A stretch of DNA of 48,856 nt from NCBI GenBank assembly GCA_045656465.1, contig JAZORG010000097.1, forward strand, positions 1 to 48,856. Direction: 5' to 3'. This document shows positions 18,185-27,290 of the stretch, piece by piece. Source of the DNA: Christensenellaceae bacterium. GTDB taxonomy: Bacteria > Bacillota > Clostridia > Christensenellales > Borkfalkiaceae. The position numbers and the translations under genes were made by a program. Every line of letters begins with the position of its first letter. Positions within the stretch are counted from its first letter, which is position 1. A model generated the notes under the pieces. That model was not told the origin of the DNA and ran no database searches. It worked only from the letters and a program-made list of their open reading frames with translations.

Positions 18185-19156
18185 TTAAAACATAGCATCG
18201 ACAATGTCTTTAGCCGTTGCGCCGTTTACGTATTCTCCAACGTCTTTTAACGCCTCGGTTAAATCAGACCTTGTAAATCTTATGCCGCAAAGTTTATTTT
18301 CTAATTCTCCCACGTCTCTTTTTGAGAAAAAATCACCGATTATTTCAACGTTTTGCATTACTCCGTCCTTTGTGTCAAACGTAATTTTAACAATACCGAA
18401 AGGAAACTTTTGTTCAAACACGTTTTCGCCTTTTGGTGAATGTCCAATATTCCACTCGTATTGAGAATATTTTTCCTCCATTAATGTGGCAATTTTAAGT
18501 TTATCCGCATCGGAAAAGACGTAATTTTCGCAACCGTGTAAGAGTTTTTGTTTCAGTCCCTCTTTAAACTCTTCAATAGTAATATCGGACTTTAAAAACT
18601 CACTAATGTTAGCAACCCTTGCCCTAATTGATTTTATCCCCTTGCTTTGCATCTTAAGTTTATTTGGAATAAGAGATTTTTTTAAGCCCTCTAAATCGGT
18701 ATTAAAAAGCAAAGTTCCGTGATGCATTATTCTATCGTTAAAAACAGTTTGAGCATTTCCTGAAATCTTTCTTCCCTCAACAGTAATGTCGTTACGACCT
18801 GAAAATTCCGCATGGACACCTAATTCATTAAGATATTCTATTACAGGTGTTGTGAATTTTTCATATGAATTTTCTTTTTCATTATAAGGAGCAATTACCG
18901 TATAGCAAAGATTTCCCCTATCGTGATAAACCGCACCGCCACCCGTTAATCTTCTTACAACCTTAATATTATTCTCCTCGGTAAAGGTAAGATTCACTTC
19001 TTCTAGTGCGTTTTGGTTTGTACCCACAATTACAGCCGGGTCGTTTATCCATAAATAAAAATAAAACCCGTCTGTATGTTTTAATAAATATTCTTCAGAT
19101 GCGAGGTTAAAATAAGCATCATTAATATCGTGTGTAATAAACTTAAACTTTTGCAT
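18185..19156 (-). CDS. lplA: Lipoate-protein ligase
   Basis: 323 aa. Has RRLTGGGAVYHDRGNL and the GRKISGNAQ lysine motif typical of LplA/LplJ. Adjacent to the lipoyl-dependent dehydrogenase operon. Confidence 0.85.
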   Translation of the reverse strand: MQKFKFITHDINDAYFNLASEEYLLKHTDGFYFYLWINDPAVIVGTNQNALEEVNLTFTEENNIKVVRRLTGGGAVYHDRGNLCYTVIAPYNEKENSYEKFTTPVIEYLNELGVHAEFSGRNDITVEGRKISGNAQTVFNDRIMHHGTLLFNTDLEGLKKSLIPNKLKMQSKGIKSIRARVANISEFLKSDITIEEFKEGLKQKLLHGCENYVFSDADKLKIATLMEEKYSQYEWNIGHSPKGENVFEQKFPFGIVKITFDTKDGVMQNVEIIGDFFSKRDVGELENKLCGIRFTRSDLTEALKDVGEYVNGATAKDIVDAMF

Positions 19157-19218
19157 AATTACTTTTTCTCTTTTACTTAATTATATTCTAAATATAATAT
19201 TATGGTAAGGATTTTTTT

Positions 19219-19248
19219 AAAAACTTGGGGGCTGGTTTCAGCCCCCAA
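19219..19248 (-). terminator. Rho-independent terminator/attenuator between the E1 gene and lplA
   Basis: Perfect 10-bp GC-rich stem, TTGGGGGCTG (19225-19234) and CAGCCCCCAA (19239-19248), with loop GTTT. The minus strand continues GTTTTTAAAAAAAT. Confidence 0.55.
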
Positions 19249-19265
19249 AAAATTTTTAGGTTAAA

Positions 19266-21743
19266 TTAAACACCTTTCTTTGCTTTACGGAGAACTTCCG
19301 CATCAGACGTGTTGATTGTAGAAACGTGTCCTTTAAGCGGTAAGATCTTGTCGTTGATATAGTCGATAATCCAAGAATCTTGTGGGAAGAAGTCTGCATC
19401 AAATTCAAACGGAGGAGTAATCCAGTTTTGAGCGCCACAAACAACTGCAGGTGCATCGAGATAATCGAAGCAAAGTTCCGTAATGTTTCTTGCCATATCG
19501 TTGAGGATAGAACCTCTGGTGCAAGCATCTGAAGCGAGGATAATTCTGCCCGTCTTCTTAACAGATTCAACAACTTTTTCGTAGTTAAACGGAACGATTG
19601 ACCTTGCGTCGATAACTTCAGCCTCTACGCCGTATTTTTCAGAAAGAGTTTTAGCAGCATCCATTGCTCTATACAACGTTGCGCCGATTGTAAGAATAGT
19701 GATATCGCTACCAACTCTCTTAATATCGGGTTCGCCAAGCGGAATTTCATAATATCCTTCGGGAACACCTTCTTTTCTGAATTCTTCACCCTTGTCGTAA
19801 ATTCTTTGACTTTCAAAGAAGATAACGGGGTCTGTTCCATTAAGAGCAGAGTTCATAAGACCCTTAGCGTCATAAGGCGTTACAGGGAAGCAAACTTTAA
19901 GTCCAGGAACGTGCGCAGGAAGAGCAACCCAATCCTGTGAGTGTTGAGCACCGTATTTAGAACCAACCGAAACACGGAGAACAACTGGCATTTTCAAAAT
20001 ACCAGAACTCATTGCCTGCCATTTAGCGAGTTGGTTAAAGATTTCATCCCCTGCTCTACCCATAAAGTCAGCATACATAAGTTCAACGATAACTCTACCA
20101 CCGCAAAGGCCGTAACCAACAGCAGAAGAAACGATAGCTGCTTCGGAAATAGGAGAGTTGAATAATCTGTGGTAAGGAAGTGCCTCGGTAAGTCCTTTAT
20201 AAACAGCGAAAGCCCCGCCCCAATCACGAACGTCTTCACCGTAAGATGTAAGAGTTGGGTCTTTATAGTATCTGTCAATAATTGCTTCAAACAAACCGTC
20301 TCTGATGTTGAAACGTTTCATATTAGAAACAAGAGCGCCCTTTTCATCAAATGCATAACGTTTTTTGCCTGCAATTTGTTGAACTCTGGGGTTTTCTTCC
20401 ATAGTAATCTTAACGTCTTTACCTACTTCGATAGGTCTGTCTTCCATTTTTTCAACAGCGCCGTTAGAGAACATAAGGTCTTCAACGTAGTAAGGATCTT
20501 TCTTAAAGTCAAGATAAGGAGATTCAGCGGGATCTGCTGCAAGTTTGCAGAGTTTGAGCATTCTTTCTTTAATAGAAGCGAGAATATCATCAAACTTACC
20601 GTCCTTTTCAATTTTAGCGTCAACAAGCGCTTTTCTGTAAGTAACAATAGGATCGTATTGCTTCCAGTTTTCTACTTCCTCTATAGTTCTGTAACTCATA
20701 CTGTCTGAAGGAGAGTGTCCGCCGTAACGGTATGTTACAACGTCGAGCATACAAGGACCTTCGCCCTTTACGAGGATTTCTTTCTTTCTCTTCATTGCAT
20801 CAATAACAGCAAGAGGATTGAAACCGTCAACCCTTTCAGCATGCAACTGCGTGGGAGATACGCCTGCACCAAGACGAGCGAGGAAATCGTAAGCCATCGT
20901 TTCGCCTCTGGTTTGTCCACCCATACCGTAACCGTTGTTGAAGAAGTTGAAAAGAATAGGAAGTCCCCCTTTCTTTTCCCACAACTGACGGAATTGATCC
21001 ATAGATGCAAAGTTCATTGATTCATAAACAACGCCACAACCAACAGCACCATCACCAACGTTAGAGATAACGATACCGGGCTTGTCGTTTACTTTCTTAT
21101 AAAGTGCTGCGCCGAGTGCAACAGGTGCTGCACCACCAACGATAGCGTTGTTGGGGTAAATACCGAACGGCAAGAAGAAAACGTGCATTGAACCACCCAT
21201 ACCTCTGTGGAAACCTGTGCGACGAGCGAAAATTTCACTCATAAATCCATAAAGGAGGAAGTCAACAGCAAGGTCTTTTACGTTGCCGGTTTTGTTGAGT
21301 TTTTCAACGGGAGCAAGAGTTTCACCGCCCATAAAGTCTTTCATAATCTGATAGAGTTTATCGTCGGGAAGTCTGTTGATAGATGCTAAACCACGAGCAA
21401 GCACTTCGCTGTGTGAACGGTGTGAACCAAAAGTCATATCGTCCATATCGAGAATATAAGCTTGACCAACTGCAGCAGCTTCTTGACCCATAGAAAGGTG
21501 CGCAGGACCAGGATATGAATGCTTAAATCCTTGGTATTCACCTTTGATTTTGATTTCGTTAATCATGCTCTCGAATTCTCTGAGCATAGCGATATCATTA
21601 AAAATACGTACGAAATCGTCTTTCTTGAAGTTTTTCTTTTCGTCTTCAATTGTCTTGTTGTAAACGTTTACGGGAATATCCGTAAATTGAATTTTGCCTG
21701 GTGCCCTAATAAATAAGGGATCAATCACTAAATTTTTTGGCAT
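19266..21743 (-). CDS. 2-oxoacid (pyruvate/acetoin-type) dehydrogenase E1 component, fused alpha-beta subunits
   Basis: 825 aa. The N-terminal half has the TPP-binding motif (GDGAVGCG...NFFNNGYGMGG). The C-terminal half has the transketolase-like pyrimidine-binding beta-subunit signature (GEDVRDWGGAF...NSPISEAAIV...MYADFM). Confidence 0.85.
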   Translation of the reverse strand: MPKNLVIDPLFIRAPGKIQFTDIPVNVYNKTIEDEKKNFKKDDFVRIFNDIAMLREFESMINEIKIKGEYQGFKHSYPGPAHLSMGQEAAAVGQAYILDMDDMTFGSHRSHSEVLARGLASINRLPDDKLYQIMKDFMGGETLAPVEKLNKTGNVKDLAVDFLLYGFMSEIFARRTGFHRGMGGSMHVFFLPFGIYPNNAIVGGAAPVALGAALYKKVNDKPGIVISNVGDGAVGCGVVYESMNFASMDQFRQLWEKKGGLPILFNFFNNGYGMGGQTRGETMAYDFLARLGAGVSPTQLHAERVDGFNPLAVIDAMKRKKEILVKGEGPCMLDVVTYRYGGHSPSDSMSYRTIEEVENWKQYDPIVTYRKALVDAKIEKDGKFDDILASIKERMLKLCKLAADPAESPYLDFKKDPYYVEDLMFSNGAVEKMEDRPIEVGKDVKITMEENPRVQQIAGKKRYAFDEKGALVSNMKRFNIRDGLFEAIIDRYYKDPTLTSYGEDVRDWGGAFAVYKGLTEALPYHRLFNSPISEAAIVSSAVGYGLCGGRVIVELMYADFMGRAGDEIFNQLAKWQAMSSGILKMPVVLRVSVGSKYGAQHSQDWVALPAHVPGLKVCFPVTPYDAKGLMNSALNGTDPVIFFESQRIYDKGEEFRKEGVPEGYYEIPLGEPDIKRVGSDITILTIGATLYRAMDAAKTLSEKYGVEAEVIDARSIVPFNYEKVVESVKKTGRIILASDACTRGSILNDMARNITELCFDYLDAPAVVCGAQNWITPPFEFDADFFPQDSWIIDYINDKILPLKGHVSTINTSDAEVLRKAKKGV

Positions 21744-21771
21744 ATTTATTTCTCCTTAAATTTTTAACTAA

Positions 21772-23142
21772 TTATATTGTGAAAATCGCTTCACGAACGA
21801 TTTCGCATACCGTTGGGTGCGGGAATACGAGTTTTTTGATATTCTCGATATCTACTTCTAAATCAATCATAGCAGAAACGCTTACGATATATTCGCCAGA
21901 GTAACTACCGATAATATGCGCGCCGATTAAAGTGTTGGTTTTTTTGTTTACTACCAACTTGCAAATACCGTTAAGGTCTGTGTTTTCTGCAATGTATCTA
22001 CCCGAGAAAGTAAGAGGAATAGAAACGCACTTAACATCAAGCCCTTTTGCCTTTGCACTTTCCTCTGTTTCGCCAACCGAACCTACTTCTGGGTTGGTAT
22101 AGATAACAGACGGAATTACGTTGTAACGCATACGGTCTTTTTTACCTAAAATATTGTTTACTGCAACTTCAGCCTCTCTATAAGCGGTGTGTGCAAGCAT
22201 TACTTTTGCGTTAACGTCGCCTACTGCATAAACGTTTGCAACGTTCGTTCTCATCATATCGTCGGTAACGATTGCGCCACGGTCAAGGTTAACACCTATG
22301 TTTTCAAGACCAAAGCCTTGCGTTACTGCACGACGACCAATTGAGCAAAGAATTTTATCCGCTGCAACCTTTTCAACCTTGCCGTCTTTTTCATAAACAA
22401 CACCGTCTTTTTCAACTGCGGTAACTTTTGCGCCAAGTTTGAATTCAACGCCTTTCTTCTCAAGAGTTTTCTGTAAAATCTTGGATATTTCAGCCTCGGT
22501 TGGTCCTGCTATTTTATTAAGCATTTCTACAACTGTTACTTTTGAACCAACACTTGAGAAATAACTTGCCATTTCAAGACCGATAACGCCACCACCGATA
22601 ACAACGAGTTTTTCGGGGATTTCAGTAAGGTCAAGCACTTCCCTGTTTGTCATAACCACACCCGTTTCAACGTTTTCACGAAGTCCAGGGATAGGAGGAA
22701 CAAGTGCGCTTGAACCTGTTGCAATGATAAGGCGTTTTGCAACGAATTTTTCTTCGCCTGCTTTAATAACGAAACCTTCATCTGATTTTCCCTCAATGAA
22801 AGCCTCTGCCTTTTTCATTGTAACGTGATTTCTTTTAAGTTGACCTTCTACACCAGAAACGAGCATTTTTACTACGCCGTTCTTTCTTTCAACTACGAAT
22901 TTCTGGTCAACGGTTGCTTTACCAACGCCATTTACACCATAAGCGGAAGCGTGGTTTGCATAATCGAATACTTTTGCAGAGTTTAGAAAAGTTTTGCTGG
23001 GAACGCAACCTTCGTTAAGACATACGCCACCGAATGCTCTCTTTTCAATAACCATAGTTTTCAAGCCTGCGTGGCCTGAACGTTCAGCAGCGAGATATCC
23101 ACCAGGACCGCCACCGATAACGATTAAATCAAAAATTTCCAT
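21772..23142 (-). CDS. lpdA: Dihydrolipoyl dehydrogenase (E3)
   Basis: GGGPGGY FAD motif, redox-active disulfide GGVCLNEGCVPSK, and a second dinucleotide motif. 456 aa. Confidence 0.92.
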   Translation of the reverse strand: MEIFDLIVIGGGPGGYLAAERSGHAGLKTMVIEKRAFGGVCLNEGCVPSKTFLNSAKVFDYANHASAYGVNGVGKATVDQKFVVERKNGVVKMLVSGVEGQLKRNHVTMKKAEAFIEGKSDEGFVIKAGEEKFVAKRLIIATGSSALVPPIPGLRENVETGVVMTNREVLDLTEIPEKLVVIGGGVIGLEMASYFSSVGSKVTVVEMLNKIAGPTEAEISKILQKTLEKKGVEFKLGAKVTAVEKDGVVYEKDGKVEKVAADKILCSIGRRAVTQGFGLENIGVNLDRGAIVTDDMMRTNVANVYAVGDVNAKVMLAHTAYREAEVAVNNILGKKDRMRYNVIPSVIYTNPEVGSVGETEESAKAKGLDVKCVSIPLTFSGRYIAENTDLNGICKLVVNKKTNTLIGAHIIGSYSGEYIVSVSAMIDLEVDIENIKKLVFPHPTVCEIVREAIFTI

Positions 23143-23357
23143 AACATTCTCCTAAATATTTTAAGGTTTGTTTTTATTTATTGTTTAAGTTCTTTATTAA
23201 TGCGAAGTTTATAACTCCTTGTTTTTCACTTTGCACCTTTAAGGTGTTAGAAACGAGCAGTTCTAGGCTCGTGCAGGGTTTTGGATGAGATAAACCTTTT
23301 TGGTTATTGAAGTCAAAACCCTAAACAGAAACGCAGAAATGCGAAGTTTATAAATCC

Positions 23358-24998
23358 TTAAATAGAGTCAGCCATTAAATTTACGCTAAAGTTCTCAAGA
23401 TAATCTTTAAGTTCTTTAAGGAATCTAGAAGCGGGTGCGCCGTCAAGAGCCCTGTGGTCGTATGAAAGTGAAAGTGCCATAGAGGTATAAGGAATGATTT
23501 CGCCTTCTTTACCGAGTTTTATCTTTGTTTCGAGCGTATTTACGCCGAGGATACCCGTTTGGGGAGGATTAACTACAGGTGTGAAACTTTCAATACCGAA
23601 TGTACCAACGTTACTGATGGTGAAACTTCCGCCCGTCAAGAATTCGGGAGCGAGTTTTCCGTCAATAGCGTCTTGAGAAAGTTTTTTAGACTTAATAGCG
23701 ATTTCGCTTAAACTCATTGTATCTGCACCGAAAAGCGTGGGAACTAAAAGTCCTCTAGGCGTATCGGTTGCAATACCCATATTTACGTGTTCAAAATAAC
23801 GCATCGTATCGCCGTTTATGAGATGTGCGTTGAGGTCTTTATGATTTTTAATAACTCTTGATACAGCATATACTATAATGTTATTGATAGTAATGTTGGG
23901 GAGTTTAAGAATTTCAGCGTTATCTTTAAGATACTTTCTGAATTTCATAATATTTGTACAATCGAAAGAAATGGTGTGTGTAAGTTGAGCCATAGTTGAG
24001 AGAGAAAGAACCATATTCTTTGCGATAACTTTTCTGATGTTGGACATCTTTTCGTCTTTGTATGCCTTAAGGTCGTCAGAAGCCTTTTCAACAGCAGGTG
24101 CTACAACGGGAGCAGCAACAGGCGCTTTAACTTCTTCAACAACAGCCTTGGGAGCAACTGAAGCCGTGCGAACGTCTCTTTCAATAATTCTGCCGTTAGG
24201 GCCTGTACCTACTGCACTAGCGAGGTCAACGCCGAGTTTAACTGCCAAATTCTTTGCTCTGGGAGATGCAAAAATCTTACCATCAGCATTTGCAGTTTGA
24301 ACGGGAGCGCTTGCCTGTGCAACGGGAGCAGAAACCTCTGCTTTTACCTCTACTACAGGAGCAGGTGCTGCCCCACCAGGTGCGAGCGGAGAAGGATCGT
24401 CGCCTTTAGCGCCGATAGCCGCAACGTTAGAAAGAACGGGAACTTCATCGCCTTCTTCACAGAAGAGAGCCAAAACTTCACCCTCGATTTCTGCTTGATA
24501 ATCAAAAGAAGATTTATCCGTTTCATAAGAGAACATAACGTCGCCAACTTTAACAGCGTCGCCAACCTTAACGTTCCATTTTGTAAGAATACAACTTTCA
24601 ACCGTGATACCAGCCTTGGGCATAGTTACGGGTTTAGCATTTGTTGAAACAGCAACTGCTACGGGAGCAGGTGCAACGGCAGGAGCGGGTGCTTCTGCTT
24701 TAACTTCTTCAACAACAGGCGCTGCAGAACCGTTAGGTGCAAGAGCAGAAAAATCTTCGCCCTTTGCGCCAACTGCAGCAATGTTAGTAAGAACGGGAAC
24801 TTCATCTCCCTCTTCACAAAAGAGCGCTAAAACTTCGCCCTCAACTTCAGAGGTCAAGTCAAAAGAAGACTTGTCCGTTTCATAAGAACAGATAACGTCG
24901 CCAACCTTAACGGTATCGCCAACCTTAACGTTCCATTTTGTAAGAATACAACTTTCAACCGTGATACCAGCCTTGGGCATCATAATTGGATTTGCCAT
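23358..24998 (-). CDS. Dihydrolipoamide acyltransferase (E2) with two N-terminal lipoyl domains
   Basis: Two copies of the lipoyl-lysine motif (ETDKSSFD), Ala/Pro-rich linkers, a peripheral subunit-binding domain (ASPRAKNLAVKLGVDL) and the catalytic DHRALDG motif. Confidence 0.9.
   Translation of the reverse strand: MANPIMMPKAGITVESCILTKWNVKVGDTVKVGDVICSYETDKSSFDLTSEVEGEVLALFCEEGDEVPVLTNIAAVGAKGEDFSALAPNGSAAPVVEEVKAEAPAPAVAPAPVAVAVSTNAKPVTMPKAGITVESCILTKWNVKVGDAVKVGDVMFSYETDKSSFDYQAEIEGEVLALFCEEGDEVPVLSNVAAIGAKGDDPSPLAPGGAAPAPVVEVKAEVSAPVAQASAPVQTANADGKIFASPRAKNLAVKLGVDLASAVGTGPNGRIIERDVRTASVAPKAVVEEVKAPVAAPVVAPAVEKASDDLKAYKDEKMSNIRKVIAKNMVLSLSTMAQLTHTISFDCTNIMKFRKYLKDNAEILKLPNITINNIIVYAVSRVIKNHKDLNAHLINGDTMRYFEHVNMGIATDTPRGLLVPTLFGADTMSLSEIAIKSKKLSQDAIDGKLAPEFLTGGSFTISNVGTFGIESFTPVVNPPQTGILGVNTLETKIKLGKEGEIIPYTSMALSLSYDHRALDGAPASRFLKELKDYLENFSVNLMADSI
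24384..24980 (-). repeat. Tandem in-frame duplication (357-nt period) encoding the two lipoyl domains of E2
   Basis: The identical 63-nt string GCCAACCTTAACGTTCCATTTTGTAAGAATACAACTTTCAACCGTGATACCAGCCTTGGGCAT occurs at 24561-24623 and 24918-24980. Similarity is high across about 240 nt per copy. Confidence 0.8.
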
Positions 24999-25037
24999 AA
25001 AATTACTCCTTTATATAGTTGATATTTTTTTCGTTAA

Positions 25038-26309
25038 TTAAATTTTCTTCGCATTTGCGAGGAGGTATTTTTCTGCTTCAGCAGACCAGATACCGTTGTT
25101 GCGATCACAAATGTCTGCTAAATCAAGATAGAATTTATCGCCTGTTTCTTCGCCAACTTTTCTAAAGTCTGCAATTGCAGTCATAGGCATAGAAATGTGT
25201 GTATAAGCGAGTTTCTTTGCACCCTTAATGTTGGGAAGGTTAAGCGTTGTATCGATAACGCTGTCAAGTCCGCCTACGTGTGAAATCATAATTGACGGAT
25301 TAATTCTGCCCTCACCTGCGAGTTTAAGAGCCTCACGAAGGTCATTTGTATTTCCACCAGACGTTCCGGTAATTCTGTGGAATGCATAGTGTACGTCATA
25401 GAAATTGAATTTTGCAGAGAAATCTGTTTTTGTAGGACCTGCAAAGAAGTTAAGACATCCGTTGTGAGTTAAAAGAGCATCGCCCTGTTCAATAAGAGGA
25501 GCAACGGGAGCATAAACAAACACGTCGTCATAACCGTTACCACCGTTGAGTTCTTTCATATAAGCAACGGGGTCTTCTATTGCAGAAGTGTTAACGTAAA
25601 CGAGTTTAACGCCGTTCTTTGCAGCGTCTTCTACAGTAAGAAGACTAGCCGCTCTGTCAAGACGAGCCTGGTCTATATCGGTAACAACCATCAAAGAGGG
25701 TTTTCTGTCGCCGTGAATACCGTAGTCAACAGCGCCGAGACCCATAGGACCAACACCTGCTAAAATTGCAACAGCGCCACCTTCTTTAATACCCATATCG
25801 TGGCTGTGTGTTTCGTAAACGCTGTGGAAGTTTTCGTGATAGCCTGCGATTATACAAGACATAGGTTCTGCTAAAGATGCCTTAAAATAACTGTCTCCGT
25901 CATAAGGAATTAGACAATCTGTTTCCATAACTTCGTTGGGGATAATGATATAAGTAGCATCGCCACCGATATTCGTGTAAGAATATCCGGGAGCAGCCGC
26001 AGGATTTTCGGGTAAATTCATAGCCGGTTGAATACCGAACTTCATACCCTCTTTAAACTTATGCGCCCATTTAGCGCCAACCTTAACGATATCACCGCAA
26101 AATTCATGTCCGATGATAACGGGGTTTTTATCAATGTCGTTGGGAACTCTCTTGTGATTAGCACCCTGAATTGCAGCCTTATAACTTGACATACAAATAC
26201 TGTCAGATACAACACGTGCAAGGATTTCGTTTTCTTTAATTTCTGGCAATTCAAACTCTTCAAGTCTTAAATCGCTTTGACCGTAAAGCCTTACTGCTTT
26301 GGTTTTCAT
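25038..26309 (-). CDS. Zinc-dependent medium-chain dehydrogenase/reductase (long polyol/sugar-phosphate dehydrogenase-like form, 423 aa)
   Basis: Catalytic-zinc region (DSICMSSYK...GHEFCG) and a Rossmann motif (GVGPMGLG). First gene of the DeoR-controlled operon. Confidence 0.75.
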   Translation of the reverse strand: MKTKAVRLYGQSDLRLEEFELPEIKENEILARVVSDSICMSSYKAAIQGANHKRVPNDIDKNPVIIGHEFCGDIVKVGAKWAHKFKEGMKFGIQPAMNLPENPAAAPGYSYTNIGGDATYIIIPNEVMETDCLIPYDGDSYFKASLAEPMSCIIAGYHENFHSVYETHSHDMGIKEGGAVAILAGVGPMGLGAVDYGIHGDRKPSLMVVTDIDQARLDRAASLLTVEDAAKNGVKLVYVNTSAIEDPVAYMKELNGGNGYDDVFVYAPVAPLIEQGDALLTHNGCLNFFAGPTKTDFSAKFNFYDVHYAFHRITGTSGGNTNDLREALKLAGEGRINPSIMISHVGGLDSVIDTTLNLPNIKGAKKLAYTHISMPMTAIADFRKVGEETGDKFYLDLADICDRNNGIWSAEAEKYLLANAKKI

Positions 26310-26332
26310 TTTACAATCCTCCGATTTTTTTC

Positions 26333-26447
26333 ATTTGTGATTATTATAACATATATAATAATGTTTTGTATCCCCTTAAATATAAGTTGCAAAAAGAATT
26401 TTTTTATGATAAGATATAATCACAAATAAACAATAATAATCACATTT
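26333..26447. promoter_or_regulatory. Divergent promoter region with three copies of a TGTGATTAT/ATAATCACA motif (candidate DeoR operator sites)
   Basis: ATTTGTGATTAT (26333-26344) is the exact reverse complement of ATAATCACAAAT (26416-26427). A third copy, ATAATCACA, lies at 26436-26444. The first two sites overlap TATAAT-like -10 hexamers (26343-26348 on the minus strand, 26415-26420 on the plus strand). Confidence 0.4.
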
Positions 26448-26479
26448 AACACAAAAAACAATAAAAAAGGAATAAAATT

Positions 26480-27256
26480 ATGCTTTCACTTGAACGTCAA
26501 GAGGAAATTCTTGAAATTTTGAACAAAAATAAATCTGCAACGGTAGAAGAGCTTGCGCAAGAATTATTCGTAAGTGGTGCTACAATTCGCCGTGATTTAC
26601 GCACAATGGAAAAACAAGGGCTTATAAAGCGCTCTCACGGAGGGGCTATGCCCTTTAAGTCTAGTGCAGAAGAGTCTGCGTTTGCGATAAGAGAGCAAGA
26701 AAACACCTCTGCTAAAAGAACTATTGCTAACCTTGCCGTTAAACTTATAAACAACGGGGATTCGGTTTTTATGGATAGTAGCAGTACGGTTGGATTAACT
26801 ATTCCTATGCTAAACAATTTTAATTATCTTTCGGTTACCACAACGGGACTGCGTAACGCACTTTTACTCTCACAAACCAACAACGTGAAAATTTATATTG
26901 CAGGCGGACAAATACAAAACCACTCAAACTCCATTATTGGAACTGACACTATGGATTTTATTTCACGCATACACGCAGATATTTCTATTATAAGTTGCAC
27001 AGGGCTTGACCTAGTAAACGGCTTTACAGATGCAAGCATAGAGCAATCTAAACTAAAACAGCAAATGCGCAAAAATTCAAATAAAGTGGCAATGCTATGC
27101 GATAGCACAAAGTTTAACAAAACTTTCCTTTGCACGGATTTTCACTTTGACGAAGTCGATTATCTCATAACCGAAAAGATGCCCCCTATCGAATACGTCG
27201 AAAAAATATCAAACACAAAATGTAAGATCATCACTCCACAAAATACTAATTTCTAA
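26480..27256 (+). CDS. DeoR/GlpR family transcriptional regulator
   Basis: N-terminal wHTH (RQEEILEIL...SATVEELAQELFVSGATIRRDL) plus a C-terminal sugar-phosphate-binding DeoR-C-like domain. 258 aa. Confidence 0.9.
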   Translation: MLSLERQEEILEILNKNKSATVEELAQELFVSGATIRRDLRTMEKQGLIKRSHGGAMPFKSSAEESAFAIREQENTSAKRTIANLAVKLINNGDSVFMDSSSTVGLTIPMLNNFNYLSVTTTGLRNALLLSQTNNVKIYIAGGQIQNHSNSIIGTDTMDFISRIHADISIISCTGLDLVNGFTDASIEQSKLKQQMRKNSNKVAMLCDSTKFNKTFLCTDFHFDEVDYLITEKMPPIEYVEKISNTKCKIITPQNTNF

Positions 27257-27290
27257 AAAAACTGCGGTTGAAATCAACCGCAGTTTTTTA
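27255..27290. terminator. Bidirectional rho-independent terminator (ends both the DeoR gene and the eight-gene operon)
   Basis: Perfect 9-bp stem, CTGCGGTTG (27262-27270) and CAACCGCAG (27275-27283), with loop AAAT. Flanked by 7 A on one side and 6 T on the other. Confidence 0.8.

Noticed and set aside
20169-20708. 179-aa plus-strand ORF, together with several other ORFs of 60-100 aa on both strands between 19256 and 21716
   Set aside because: All lie inside the 825-aa E1 alpha-beta gene, whose TPP and transketolase-like motifs are unambiguous. They have no RBS, and their odd composition is typical of antisense or off-frame shadow ORFs.
24384-24980. Regularly spaced identical 63-nt repeats, considered as a CRISPR-like or satellite repeat
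   Set aside because: There are only two copies, in frame, 357 nt apart, each encoding a lipoyl domain of E2. This is an intragenic domain duplication, not a CRISPR array.
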